This document shows positions 13,075 to 24,859 of a DNA stretch of 64,000 nucleotides, in pieces. The notes below the pieces were generated by a model, which saw nothing but the letters and a program-made list of their open reading frames with translations, searched no databases and was not told where the DNA came from. The position numbers and the translations under genes are program-made. Source of the stretch: Isurus oxyrinchus (taxonomy: Eukaryota); the NCBI GenBank assembly GCA_026770705.1, contig JANJGN010000189.1:434001-498000 (forward strand), read 5' to 3'. The stretch's first letter is position 1. Each line of letters opens with the position of its first letter.

Positions 13075-13365
13075 GAGTGACGTCAGAGGGATGGTCTATG
13101 AAGGCGCTGCCTCAGAGGGCCATCAGCAGCTCTTGTGTGGTTATTCCGTGTAGCTTTGACTTTCCTTCCCACTCTTACACAGCACTGCACGGAGCTTGGT
13201 ATAAATATTGGTATAGATGGAAATATACCGTCACATACACCAAAGATCCCAATTATGGGGTGGCCACATTCGTGGGACGTGCTAAAATAATCGGCGACTT
13301 GGAAGGGAAGAATTGTTCGGTGAGGATTCACAGTCTCAGAGCTGAAGACAGTGACGTGTATTACA
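13075..13365 (+). pseudogene. Siglec V-set exon truncated after ...EDSDVYY; the F-strand Arg and G strand are lost
   Basis: Siglec Cys pattern (SCVVIPC ... NCSV), HGAWY, GDL; the sequence switches to retroelement gag at ~13363 and stops at 13376; no downstream C2 or TM exons seen on the plus strand. Confidence 0.88.
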
Positions 13366-14430
13366 CCCAATTCTAAATCTTTTCACCAATTAGTCGTCCT
13401 CATGAAGATGTGTTTTCAGCTGAAGCCGTGGGTAATAATGAAAAGGTTTAAGTTTAACTCCAGAGTAAGGGCCCCGGGAGAGTCCATCGCAACCTATACA
13501 GTGAAGTGGAAGCAGGTGACTGAGCACTGGGACCTCGGAGACACACTCAATGACATGTTGCGGGGCCGATTGGTTTGTGTCGTTCACCCCAACGCCATTC
13601 AGAGCCGTTTACTCGCAGAAGCCGACATGGATTTGAAGCGCACCATGGAAATAGCGCCAGGCATGGAAAGTGCTGGGAGAGACTGGCGGGATTTACAGGA
13701 TGTACAACATGGCACCAGTCCTCAGGTGGGACAGGAACCAACCACCGGGCGTGAGGCTCAAACTGGAGAGAGAGAGAGAGAGAGAGAGAGACAGCCGCCA
13801 AGCGAGAGACAGTCTCTGCCGCTCCAGAAACTAAAAGGCTTCGTGGGAGTATTTCAGCAGCAACTCCAAAGTTGGCCTGTTCTCGATGTGGGGGGCATTG
13901 AGCACGTACTGGACACCTGCAGGTTCAAGGGGGCAGAATGCCATCACTGCCACAAGAAAGGGGTGGGTAATAAAGCAATGCAGGGTGAAATCGAGACAGC
14001 CCATCAGGCAGTGCACCAACATGATGGAAGTGAATAATATCACAGAGCCTGAAGCTGCTGATACCGATGTCTATTCCCTGTCCAATGTCACAGTGGTAAA
14101 AACTGAACCTATAACCATCACAACCCAAGTGAATGGGCAGCCACTAGTAATGGGGCAGATACGGGAGCCTCAGACACAGTGGTGGAAGAGCCCACATTTA
14201 AACAGCTAAATGAAGGAAACCAGACGCTGAATTTAGAGCCAACAATTGATCAGCTGAAGACACACACTGGAGAATCCATACAGGGAAAGGACCTCATCCC
14301 AGTACCTGTGTCCTACAGGCAGCAGACAGCCCAGCTTCCAGTGATCATAGCGACAGGTGAGGGCCCTAGTCTTCTGGGCCGAGACTGGTTCCAGAAAACC
14401 AAGCTCAGCTGCTCTGAAATGTTTCACTGG
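13363..14430 (+). mobile_element. Ty3/Gypsy gag-protease remnant, 5'-truncated and frameshifted
   Basis: gag-like RFKFNSRVRAPGESIATY...LNDMLRGRLVC, zinc knuckle CHHCHKKG, protease DTGAS (14158) and SLLGRDW. Confidence 0.85.
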
Positions 14431-14734
14431 AGGAGTTGCTGAGTTGCTGGGGGAATATGAGAGTGTATCTCGGAATGAGTTTGAAGAATTGAAGCATCCT
14501 CACAGGCTGCAAGTGTCCCTCAGGTCAGAGTTGGTTCCACTGGAAAATCCTGAAGAGAAAGAAAGCGAATTCTGTGCCGCTCTGAGCAAACTGAAGAAAC
14601 AGTTGGCAGGGAAGACCCAACCATGTCCAATGTTCCAGGAGGAAGGCAAGAGATACAAGGAAGAGACTGAAGAGCTGAAGATTCAGCTGAATGAAACCAA
14701 AGAGGCAGTTACAGTATCACAACAATTTTACAGA

Positions 14735-15230
14735 GCAGAAGGAGGCCATTCAGCCCCTTGAGCCTGTTACACAGGAACAGGAGGAGGCCATTCAGCCCCC
14801 TCAAGCCTGTTACACAGGAACAGGAGGAGGCCATTCAGCCCCTCGAGCCTGTTACACAGGAACAGGAAGAGGCCCATTCAGCCCCCTCGAGACTGTTACA
14901 CAGGAACAGGAAGAGGCCCATTCAGCCCCTCGAGCCTGTTACACAGGAACCAGAAGAGGCCCATTCAGCCCCCTCGAGACTGTTACACAGGAACCAGAAG
15001 AGGCCCATTCAGCCCCCTCGAGACTGTTACACAGGAACAGGAGGAGGCCATTCAGCCCCCTCAAGACTGTTACACAGAAACAGGAGGAGGCCATTCTGCC
15101 ACTTATGTCCGTTACACAGGAACAAGAGGAGGCCATTCTGCCACTTATGTCCGTTATACAGGAACAGGAGGAGGCCATTCAGCCACTGAAGCCCATTACA
15201 CAGGAACAGGAGGAGGCCATTCAGCCCCTT
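14735..15230 (+). repeat. ~42-bp minisatellite (caggaacaggaggaggccattcagcccctcgagcctgttaca), resembling a CR1/SINE tail
   Basis: Tandem units giving the QEQEEAIQPLEPVT repeat ORF; inverse-orientation array at 52450-53160. Confidence 0.85.
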
Positions 15231-15924
15231 GTAGGGTGTGGTGGTGTGTGTCAGCTTCACCTGCGACTTCTGAGCCGTCTGAATCACTCCCACTCCCTGG
15301 GTTCTAGACCTTGGACTTATTCGGGGCTTGTCACAAAGTGCAGCAGACAACTGGTTTTGGTGCAAGACAAAAACTGAGTTTATTGAAGTCACAAATGAAC
15401 TTCTAACATTAGGATGACACTGAGATTATACAGACTTACAAAGTACACTGAGTTAAGAATGGGGAACACACGGCATAACGAGGGAGAATCACGCTACTAA
15501 TGCCCTTACCCTTGTCCCACCCCCAAACCCTAACTAAATTGCACTAGGAGAGGTCAGGGGTCACGCTCACCAACCCAGGGTTCCTTGACAGTTGGAAATT
15601 TTGAGAACCCTTCAAGAGATGGGGAGGGTTACAGGGGCTGGAGGAGGTTACAGAGATAGGGAGGGTTGTAGGGGCTGGAGGAGGTTACAGAGATAGGGAG
15701 GGTTACAGGGGCTGGAGGAGGTTACAGAGATAAGGAGTGTTGTAGGGGCTGGAGGAGGTTACAAAATGTAAATCAGTTCCCCCTCGAGGCCCCTTGTCCA
15801 AAATAAAAGCAACGCACACAATTTGTAAAATAGTAAGTGTAGCAATGAGAGGAGTAAGGGGTTAGGGGGCGTGCGGTTCACCTGATTTGCCGACATAAGA
15901 ACCAGCCCCTATGTTTTTGCTATG

Positions 15925-16142
15925 TTGTGTTGCGTCAATATGAACACATATTTGCACAAGGTGAAGGGCGTTGCGGAGGGACTGATAGTTCTCGGCGCCA
16001 GACAGTCAATGTCCCAGTGACATTACTGCTGGTCCCAGGCCAGTGGGACAGGGAACATCGACACTGCAATATCCAGAAATGGGTGTGATACCACACAGCT
16101 ACCCGCCCCCGGCTGTCCCCTTCAAGTGTTTCAGGTATAAGA
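15925..16142 (+). promoter_or_regulatory. Hepcidin proximal promoter
   Basis: TATAA at 16136; GC box at 16102; GGCGCC (BMP-responsive element core) at 15994 directly followed by AGAC (Smad-binding element); C/EBP-like TTGCACAA at 15952 and TTGCGTCA at 15930. Confidence 0.7.
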
Positions 16143-16212
16143 GCAGGAAGCTCCTCTAGTTACAAACCAAAGCATCAAAGCAGAGCCAGAAGATCAGAAG
16201 AGACAGGCAGAG

Positions 16213-16305
16213 ATGGGAAGCTCCCAGATGAAATGGCGACTTGTCTTGTTCACTCTGACTTTGCTGCTCTCCCTGCAGCTGAGTCACTTCTTCTCCTTGT
16301 CGAGG
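16213..16305 (+). CDS. HAMP: Hepcidin exon 1 (signal peptide), MGSSQMKWRLVLFTLTLLLSLQLSHFFSLSR; alternative start at 16228
   Basis: Hydrophobic signal peptide downstream of a TATA box; AGG|gtaagc donor, phase 0. Confidence 0.88.
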
Positions 16306-16504
16306 GTAAGCTAAGAGATGTCCCTCTGGGTGAGGTGTTTCTTGCACATGACTCTACGTCTACCACCCAGATAGACTGGTCACTTCCGCAGTTTGATATT
16401 ATTATGTTCGTGCCTTTAATATTGTCGCCCTCTATGAATTTAACATCATTTCCTTCTGTCATTTCCCCTGAAATTCTCATTCTTGTTTTCAATCCCTCCT
16501 CAGC

Positions 16505-17470
16505 GACTCCCTATCTCTGTAACCTCCTCCAGCCCGTACAACCCTCCCTATCTCTGTAACCTCCTCCTGCCCCTACACCCCTCCCTATCTCTGTAACCTC
16601 CTCCAGCCACTACAACCCTCCCTATATCTGTAACCTCCTCCAGCCCCTACAACCCTCCCTATATCTGTAACTTCCTCCAGCCCCTACAACTGTCCCTATC
16701 TCTGTTACCTCCTCCAGCCCCTACAACACTCCCTATCTCCGTAACCTCCTCCAGCCCCTACAACCCTCCCTATCTCTGTAACCTCCTCCAGCCCCTATAA
16801 ACCTCCCTATCTCTGTAACCTCCTCCAGCCCCTACAACCCTACCTATCTCTGTAACCTCCCCCAGGCCCCACAACCCTCATGATCACTGTAACCTCCTCT
16901 AGACCCTACAACCCTCCCTATCTCTGTAACCTGCTCCAGACCCTACAACCCTCCCTATCTCTGTAACCTCCTCCAGACCCTACAACCCTCCCTATCTCTG
17001 TAACCTCCTCCAGGCCCCACGACCCTCAGAATCACTGTCACCTCCTCCAGCCCCTACAATGCTCATGAACCCTATAACGTCCTCTCCACACTATAACTCT
17101 CCCTATTTCTGTAACCTACTGTGGCCCCTACAACAGTATCTATTTTGGTAACCTCCTCCAGCCTCTACAACCCTCCCTACCTCTGTAACCTCCTCCAGCC
17201 CCCACAACCCCCCCATCTCTTTAACCTCCTACAGCCCCTACTCACCTCCCTATCTCTGTAACCTCCTACAGCCCCTACAACCCTCCCTATCTCTGTAACC
17301 TCCTACAGCCTCTAGAACCCTCCCTATCTCTGTAACCTCCTACAGCCTCTACAACCCTCCCTATCTCTGTAACTTCCTACAGCCCTTACAACCCTCCCTT
17401 TCTCTGTAACCTCCTACAGCCTCTACAGCCCTCCCTATCTCTGTAACCTCCTCCAGCCCCCACAACCCTA
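16505..17470 (+). repeat. 37-bp minisatellite (ctccctatctctgtaacctcctccagcccctacaacc) in HAMP intron 1
   Basis: Roughly 25 tandem units; opposite-orientation arrays at 15615-15765 and 37575-37880. Confidence 0.9.
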
Positions 17471-17479
17471 CCTAAATCA

Positions 17480-18090
17480 CTGGTCTGAGTCTCACTCCAG
17501 GGAATTCAGTCCCATAATGTAGATCAACGCTCCGTGCTGAGGGAGTGCTGCACTCTCAGAGGGTCAGTAGTGTGGAAGTGTTGCACTATTGGAGGGACAG
17601 TACTGAGGGAGTGCTATACTGTCAGAGGTCAGTACTGAGGGAGTGGTGCTGTGTCGAAGGGTTAGTACTGAAATAGAGCTGCACTGACGGAGGGACAGTA
17701 CTGAGAGAGCGCAGCACTATCGAAGGGTTAATACTAAGGGAGTGCTGCAGTGTCAAAGGGTTAGTACTGAGGGAGCACAACAATGTTGAATGAGACATTA
17801 AACTGAGTCCCCCGTCTGCCCTCTCGGGAGGGTGTGAAAGATCCCACAGCCACTATTTGGAGGAAGAGCAGGGGGGAGATCTCCCCGGTGTCCTGGGACC
17901 AATATTTATCCCTTACCCAACATCACCAAAAACAGATTATCTAGGCCATGATCACATTGCTATTTGTGGGATCTTGCTGTGCACAAATCAGCTGCCACAT
18001 TTCCTACAGTGTGAGTGCACTTCAAAAACATCCTTCAGTGGCTGTGAAATGCTTTGGGATGTGGTGAAAGGCGTTAGAGAAATGCAAGTC
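17480..18090 (+). mobile_element. DeuSINE/SacSINE1-like SINE with internal 33-bp expansion
   Basis: Core gagacattaaactgag...aagatccca...gaagagcaggg...aatatttatccc...gaaatgcaagtc; similar copies at 19945-20555 (+) and 10195-10455 (-). Confidence 0.7.
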
Positions 18091-18190
18091 TGTCCTCCTC
18101 CCACTCTCTCTCCTGTACCTCTCTCTCTCTCTCTCCCTCTCCCTCAATCCTCCTCTCACTTTCTCCCTGATAAATTCTTTCTTTTTGCAG

Positions 18191-18247
18191 GTTGACACTG
18201 CTTTAGGTTCTTCGACGATTGAGAAATCTGTGGATTCCCCGGACACG
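18191..18247 (+). CDS. HAMP: Hepcidin exon 2 (prodomain), VDTALGSSTIEKSVDSPDT
   Basis: Long polypyrimidine tract + gcag acceptor, ACG|gtaggt donor; 57 nt, phase 0-0; size similar to exon 2 of other vertebrate hepcidins. Confidence 0.82.
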
Positions 18248-19519
18248 GTAGGTGGAAATTCATTCCTTATTTTAAGGTTTCTCCCTGCTCGTTTCTTCCA
18301 CAGAAAGTTTTCTGATTTCAAGCTGATTTCAGTGGCAGTCTGTCTCGGTTATACTCAGGAGGCATGTTTGAAATCGAGCCCCCCCCAACTTTTTTTGCAA
18401 AGCTGGGAAGAGACAATTCCAAGGAAGTGAACATATCCCCACAGGAATTTTAAATGTAACCCACGCTGGGAATAGTGAGAGGGAGACTGATCCAGCCTGG
18501 GAGTGGGTTAAAGAGAGGCTGGGAGTCGAGAGTCGGAGAGAGGGATGGAATGGGGGAGGGAGGGATTGGAAGAGAGAGACAGAGAGTGGGACGGGGAGGG
18601 GTGAAAGGGAAAGAACATAGGTGGGAGAGAGTGACAGAGGGAGAAATTAAAGAAGAGATGCAGAGTGAGGGAAAGTGAAAAAGGAAGAGAGATTGTCCAA
18701 GAGAGAGAAATTAACAGGAAAGGGAGAGTTACAGAGTGAGCGAAAGGTACAAAAATAGTGTGAGAGAGAGGGAGAGATACAGAGTGGGAGAATGAGACAG
18801 GGGAGAGAGAGAGGGGGAGAGACAGGAAAAGGGAGAGAGGAGAGAAAGATTGGGAGAGAGGGCAATTGAGAGGAAGAGTAGGAGAGAGAGAGACAGGGAG
18901 AGGAGGAGTGGATGAGAGGAAGAGAGAGAGAGATATGGAGCAGGAGAACACCTCCTCCGGTCCCGATGTTCCTCCAAAATCTCTGAAATTCCTGCATCTC
19001 CCGGGTCCCCCTGATTCCCATCGCTCCACCATTGGTGGCCGTGCCTTCAGCTGCCTGGGGCCCTGAGCTCCGGAATACCCTCCCTTAACCTCTCTGCCTC
19101 TCTCTCTCTCTCTCCTTTAAGACGCTCCTTAAAAACTGACATCTTTGACCAAGCTTTTGGTCACCTATCCCTAATATCTCCATATGTGACTCAGTGTTAG
19201 ACTTCTCTCTGATTTACGCTCCGGTAATGTGGGCTGGGACATTTTGCAATGTCAGAGGCGCTGTGTAAATGCAAGTTGTGAGTGTTATGTGGAAGGGAGA
19301 CCCCAGGCGGCAGTCAGTGCCAGAGACTGGAGTCATTGTGCGCAGACCATATCTAATCTCTCCGAATGCACAATCGGTTTGACTGTCAGCCAAAGCACTT
19401 TTGATATTTGATCCTTCTAACTGTTTATAACCAGGCCTACATCATACACCGTGAGGCTGGTTAATCAACAGACACCTTAGAGGATCGAGTGAAAGACAAA
19501 GAGGACTTGCATTTCTCTA

Positions 19520-19668
19520 TAAAAACAAAGAAAACTGCGGATGCTGGAAATCCAAAACAAAAACAGAATTACCTGAAAAAACTCAGCAGGTCTGGCAGCA
19601 TCGGCAGAGAAGAAAAGAGTTGACGTTTCGAGTCCTCAGAAGGGTCATGAGGACTCGAAACGTCAACT
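19520..19668. mobile_element. Young Penelope-like fragment with inverted end and 14-bp target-site duplication
   Basis: TSD cttgcatttctcta at 19506-19519 and 19669-19682; perfect 24-bp inverted repeat at 19615-19638 / 19648-19671. Confidence 0.7.
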
Positions 19669-20644
19669 CTTGCATTTCTCTAGCGCCTTCCAACACATCA
19701 GGACGTCCCAAACTGTTTCGCAGACAATCAAGTGCTTTTTTTCTTTCATGTGAGGTCACTGATGTACTGTGGGAAAAGAATCAGCCATTGGCGCACTGTA
19801 AGATCCCACAGACAGCAGCATGATAATGACCAGCGCGCTCCCAGTACTTGCACTGCAAGTGTCAGTTCAGGGTGTGTGCTCGATTCTCTGCAACTCTCAG
19901 CTCTGAGTTAAAAGGACCACCAGGCGTAATTGAGAAATTACCGAGCTGTCGGAGGGTCAGTACCGGCGGGGGGGCAGGACAGTCGGAGGGTCAGTACTGA
20001 GGGGGTGCTGCATTGTCAGACGGTCAGTCTTGGAGTGCTGCACTGTCAGAGGGTCAGTCCCGGCGGGGGACTGCACAGTCGGAGGGTCAGTACTGAGGGG
20101 GTGCTGCATTGTCAGACGGTCAGTACTGAGGGAGTGCTGCACAGTCGGAGGGTCAGTACTGAGGGGGTGCTGCACTGTTGAAGGCGCTGTCTTTCAGATG
20201 AGATGTTAAACTGAGACAACATCTGCCCTCTCAGATGGATGTAGAGGATTCCATGGCCACAATTTAGATGAAGTGCGTCAGGAGTTGGGGGGTATGTGTG
20301 GAGGGGATGGTGGGGGGTGGATGGGGTGGAGTTATGTCCACTTTCCTGGGGCAAACATTTATCCCTCAACTGACATTGGTAAAAAACTGAAAATCGGGGC
20401 CATTATCACATTTCTGTTTGTGGGATCTTGCTGTGCGTGAATTGCCTGCTGCGTTTCCTACATTACAGCGGTGAGCTCACTTCAGAAAAAGTCCTTCCTT
20501 CAGCTGTGGAACACTTTGGGCCATCCTGAGGAGGGGAAAGGCGCTATAGAAATGCGCCATCCTCCTTCCAATGACGCGCCTGATTGAAATGATGCCTTCT
20601 TTCTTTCCGGAATGTTCTCACCTATTGTCCTCCTGCTTTTCCAG

Positions 20645-20761
20645 GGCTCCTTGCTGCAGCGCCAGAAGAGAATGGGCAGACAGCAGCTCTGCAGATTCTG
20701 CTGTAACTGCTGTAATTGGAGAGAACCAAATGAGACTTGTGGTCTCTGCTGTAGATATTAG
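20645..20761 (+). CDS. HAMP: Hepcidin exon 3: GSLLQRQKR / mature MGRQQLCRFCCNCCNWREPNETCGLCCRY-stop
   Basis: ttttccag acceptor; furin site RQKR; 8-Cys pattern C-x2-CC-x-CC-xn-CG-x-CC diagnostic of hepcidin; 88-aa (or 83-aa) prepropeptide; AATAAA at 21653. Confidence 0.95.
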   Translation, partial: GSLLQRQKRMGRQQLCRFCCNCCNWREPNETCGLCCRY

Positions 20762-23299
20762 ACCCTGGCCTCATTCACGCAAGGTCATCCTGCACCATGC
20801 CACAGCCTCTCCCCTCCTTATCTACTGCTTAGCAATCTATTTCACACAGGCCCTGTTCATTAATTCCAACTGAAACTTTACCTGCGTTTTACAGCAGGGA
20901 AAGAAGCCATTCGGCCCATCTGTTCCATGCTGGAGTTTCTGCTCCACACGAGTCTCCGCCCACCCCTTCTCCATCTCACCCCATCACCATATCCTTCTAT
21001 TCATTTCTCCCTCGTGTGTTTATCCAGCTTCCCCTAAAATACATAGACACTATTCACCTCACGTGACTGTGTTTGTGTCTGTCTTTATGAGCGTGCGTGT
21101 GTGACTGTCAATATGTGTGTGTCAATGTGAATGTGTGTGATTGTGTCAGCGTGTATGTGTGTATGTGTGACTGTCAGTGCGTGTCAATGTGAATGTGTGT
21201 GATTGTGTCAGCGTGTGTGTGTGTGTGTATGTGTGTGTGTGACTGTGTCAGTGTGTGTCAATGTGAATGAGTGAGTGTGTCAGTGTGTCTGTGTGCGTGT
21301 GTGTGACTGTGTCAGTGTGTGTCAATGTGAATGAGTGAGTGTGTCAGTGTGTCTGTGTGGGTGTGTGTGACTGTCACTGTGTGTCAATGTGAATGAGTGA
21401 GTGTGTCAGTGTGTCTGTGTGGGTGTGGGTGTGTGAGTGTGCAAGTGAATGTGTGAGAAATCTTATGACTAAGTCATTTGAATGGATGTTACTGGGGTTA
21501 ATGATAATTAAAATACAGAGAGATGTAAAGCGGGCTCCTGATTTTGCTGCTTTATGCTCCCGGGCACAGATTCACCCCGACAATGTGTTCATGATTCACC
21601 ATTATCTTGTCGGGACTTTAATTGTAAAGATTATGATTTGTGAAAAAAAATGAATAAACAACTTTTGTCTTCACAAAGAGTCTGGCTTGGTATTTCAGGC
21701 TACTTGTCTCCCCCTCACCCTCCCCCCCCCACCATGCCCCCCACACCAGGGAACAATTGTCCCCCCTTCCTCTGAAGTTCTGGGTAAAGATCAGCTTTGT
21801 TCAATGCAAACTGTTCCGACATCGAGAACGTTGTTACAAATATCACACAAAGGGCACACGCCATGATAGCCCACTTTCAACAGATTTTACCAGTTGACCA
21901 GGTTGAAAACCTTTTCATAAACCACAACGTAGGTGTTCAATTCTTGCTGCTGTTTGCTTAATGTTCTCATAACTGCTATAACCTCTCTAGTTCCACTACA
22001 TAACAACACCAACATAAATAAACAGAAGCAGGAGTAGGCCTTTTGGCCCCCCAAGCCAGCTTGTCCATTCAATTTGAACCTGGCTCCTGCTGAAAGTTAT
22101 TTAAGTTGAAGCGATAAAGCCATCAGGTGCAGGGATTAAAATGTAAGCAAAGGAAAAATAATACTTAGACATGAGATTTAAAATCAGTTTCTGTGAAGAA
22201 TCATACTGAGGCCATTGCTCTGGATTCCTTCTTTCCAGAGTGAAGGGTTTAAAACTAGGAGTCACATTCAGCAGCTGCGTTGTCTTCTCTAGTTGACTAT
22301 TTGGAGGTTGCCTGTAGATGTGAATCAGCAGGTCAGCAGCTTTGGGGAGTGAGTGAAGGTCCCTTTTATTTACAGGATCTGCCACAGGATGTGCAGGAAT
22401 ATTCCTGCTGAATCCCCCATCCTTGCATTCATGAAGGGGTTGAGACTGGAAGTCATATTCAGCAGCTACAATGGCCTTTGTAGTCAACTGTCTGGAGGTT
22501 GCCTGTACAGGTGGACTCAGCATGTCAACACTTTTGTTGGGTGGGGGGACACGGGTAGTGAAGGTCCCCTTTCTTTAAAGGCTCTGCCAGTGCAAAACTT
22601 GATGATCCTGGGTCAAAATCATGTATCACCCTCCCCAACAGCACTGTGGATGTGCCCTATGGAGGGTCCTTGGCTTCGACAAGCAGCCTACCAGCTCTGC
22701 TCTCAATTCCTCTTCGCACTTGCTTCCTTCCTCCTCTGGTCTTTACTTTGTTATAGTGTTAGTGTCCGCTCTGCCTTTTTTGTTGCTTTCCCAATTCTTC
22801 CCACCAACTCTCTCTGGCTTGATCCTGCTCTGTGCTCATCTCATTGGTTTGAGTTTCTATCCGTTCATTGACCTGGTGTAATCTGAAACTGGTGCAATCA
22901 GGTAGGGGTGGGGGGGTTGGCGCTGGCCGTGGGTGGTGATACACGGCTACCTTTTTACCAAAATTCTTTCACGGGATGTGGACAGCATTTGTTACCTGTT
23001 TCTGACTGACCCCTGGAGAAGGGGGTGCTGAGCTGCCTTTTCGAAGTGCTGCAGTTCGCCTGGTTTGACTGGTCTGTGGCGGGTTTTGATATAACTCAGT
23101 GGCTTGCTCGGCCATTTCAGGGGCCAGTTAAGAGTCAACCACATTGCTGTGGGTCAGGAGTCACACGTAGGCCAGAATGGGTAAGGACGGCAGGTTTCCT
23201 TCCCCAAAGGGCATTAGTGACCCAGATGGGTTTTTGCAACAATTGGCCTTAGTTTCATGGTCACCATTACTGAGACTAGCTTCGCATTCCAGATGTCAC

Positions 23300-24375
23300 A
23301 TCCAGTCGTGGACAATTAAACAACTCACTGGAGGAGGAGTCTCCACAAATATCCCCATCCTCAATGATGGAGGAGCCCAGCACACCAGTGCAAAAGACAA
23401 GACTGAAGCATGCGCAACAATCTTCAGCCAGAAGTGCTGAGTGGCTGATCCATCTCGGCCTCCTCCTGAGGTCCCCAGCATCAGAGATGCCAATCTTTAG
23501 CCAATTCGATTAATTCCACGTGATATCAAGAAAGGGCTGAAGGCACTGGATATTGCAAATGCTCCAGGCCCTGACAATATTCTGGCAATAGTACTGAAGA
23601 CTTGTGCTCCAGAACTTGCTGCGCCCCTAGCCAAGCTTTTCTGGAATTTTCTAGTACAGCTGCAACACTGGCAACTACCCGGCTATGGGGTACGTCATGT
23701 ACACAAAAAGCAGGACAAATCCAACCCAGCCAATTACCCAGCAGTCTATTCTTGATCATTACTACAGTGATGGAAGGGGTCATCAACAGCGCTTGCAAGC
23801 AGCACCTGCTTAGCAAGAACCTGCTCACTGACGCTCAGTTTGTGTTCCACCAGGATCATTCAGCTCCTGGCCTCATTACAGCCTTGGTTCAAACATGCAC
23901 AAATGAGCTGAACTCCAGAGGTGAGAGGGACTGCCCTTGACATCAAGGCAGCATTTGACTGAATGTGGCAAAACAAGGAGCCCGAGCAAAACTGGAGTCA
24001 ATGGGAATCGGGGGAAAACTCTCTGCTGCTTGGAGTCATACCCAGCACAAAGGACGATGGTTGTGATTGTTGGGGGTCAATCATCTCAGTTCCAGGACGT
24101 CACTGCAGGAGTTGCTCAGGGTAGTGTCCTAGGCTCAACCATCTTCAGCTGCTTCATCAATGTCCTTCCTTCCATCATAAGGTCAGAAGTGGGGATGTTT
24201 GCTGATGTTTGCACAATGTTCAGCACCATTCACGGCTCCTCAGATACTGAAGCAAGTTATGTCCAAATGCAGCAAGACCTGGACAACATCCAGGCTTGGG
24301 CTGACAGGTGATAAGTAACATTCATGCCACACAAGTGCCAGGCAATGACCAGCTCCAACAAGAGAGAATCTCACT
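23300..24375 (+). mobile_element. Degenerate CR1/L2-clade LINE RT fragment
   Basis: GVAQGSVLGSTIFSCFIN and MFADV RT motifs, with frameshifts. Confidence 0.8.
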
Positions 24376-24859
24376 GAAGGTGCAGAAAATTTGGATTTAT
24401 TTTAAAGAGCCAGCCAGGACCAGCAGCTAGGGTGACAAAGCGTACACAGACAATCACATCCTTACGTGAAAGCTAAAAACCTGTACAAAGGGCTCAGCTG
24501 TAAATTTGCAATGAGGAAATGGGAGACACACACACAAGGACACAGGGTGACTCAATCAAGAAATGGGGAAGGTTATTTCACACCCTCCGATGGCCTTGAA
24601 CCACATCCAGTCAGCCTCCGGAAACCTTTTGTAGCGAACAAACATAGATTCTTTGCTGTCTCAAAAGGACAATAGCCAGTCTCTGCCCTGTAATTACTGT
24701 ACAAGAACACAATTATCAGCCCACCGGAGGGTCATTGTGCTGTGGCCTTTGTCTAACTAATACCATTACCTTGTAACTGAGAGTAAAAAATATATAAACT
24801 GTGCTCATTTGAACCTCGGTGGAGAAGCACCTGGACTGCCCAGGAATGGCGGCTAAATG

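Noticed and set aside
13075-13365. Assigning the symbol MAG, CD22 or CD33 to any Siglec unit
   Set aside because: Family-level signatures only; orthology needs a phylogeny that cannot be run here
14430-14735. Glu/Lys-rich coiled-coil-like reading after the Gypsy protease
   Set aside because: No start or splice signals and no recognisable family; probably part of the degenerate element
14691-15377. 228-aa repetitive ORF (QEQEEAIQPLEPVT)
   Set aside because: 42-bp minisatellite with frame-shifting unit lengths; also present in reverse at 52450-53160
22101-22870. 140-172 aa ORFs downstream of HAMP
   Set aside because: No splice-supported structure; IHIYRQPP resembles a decayed LINE endonuclease; not supportable as a gene
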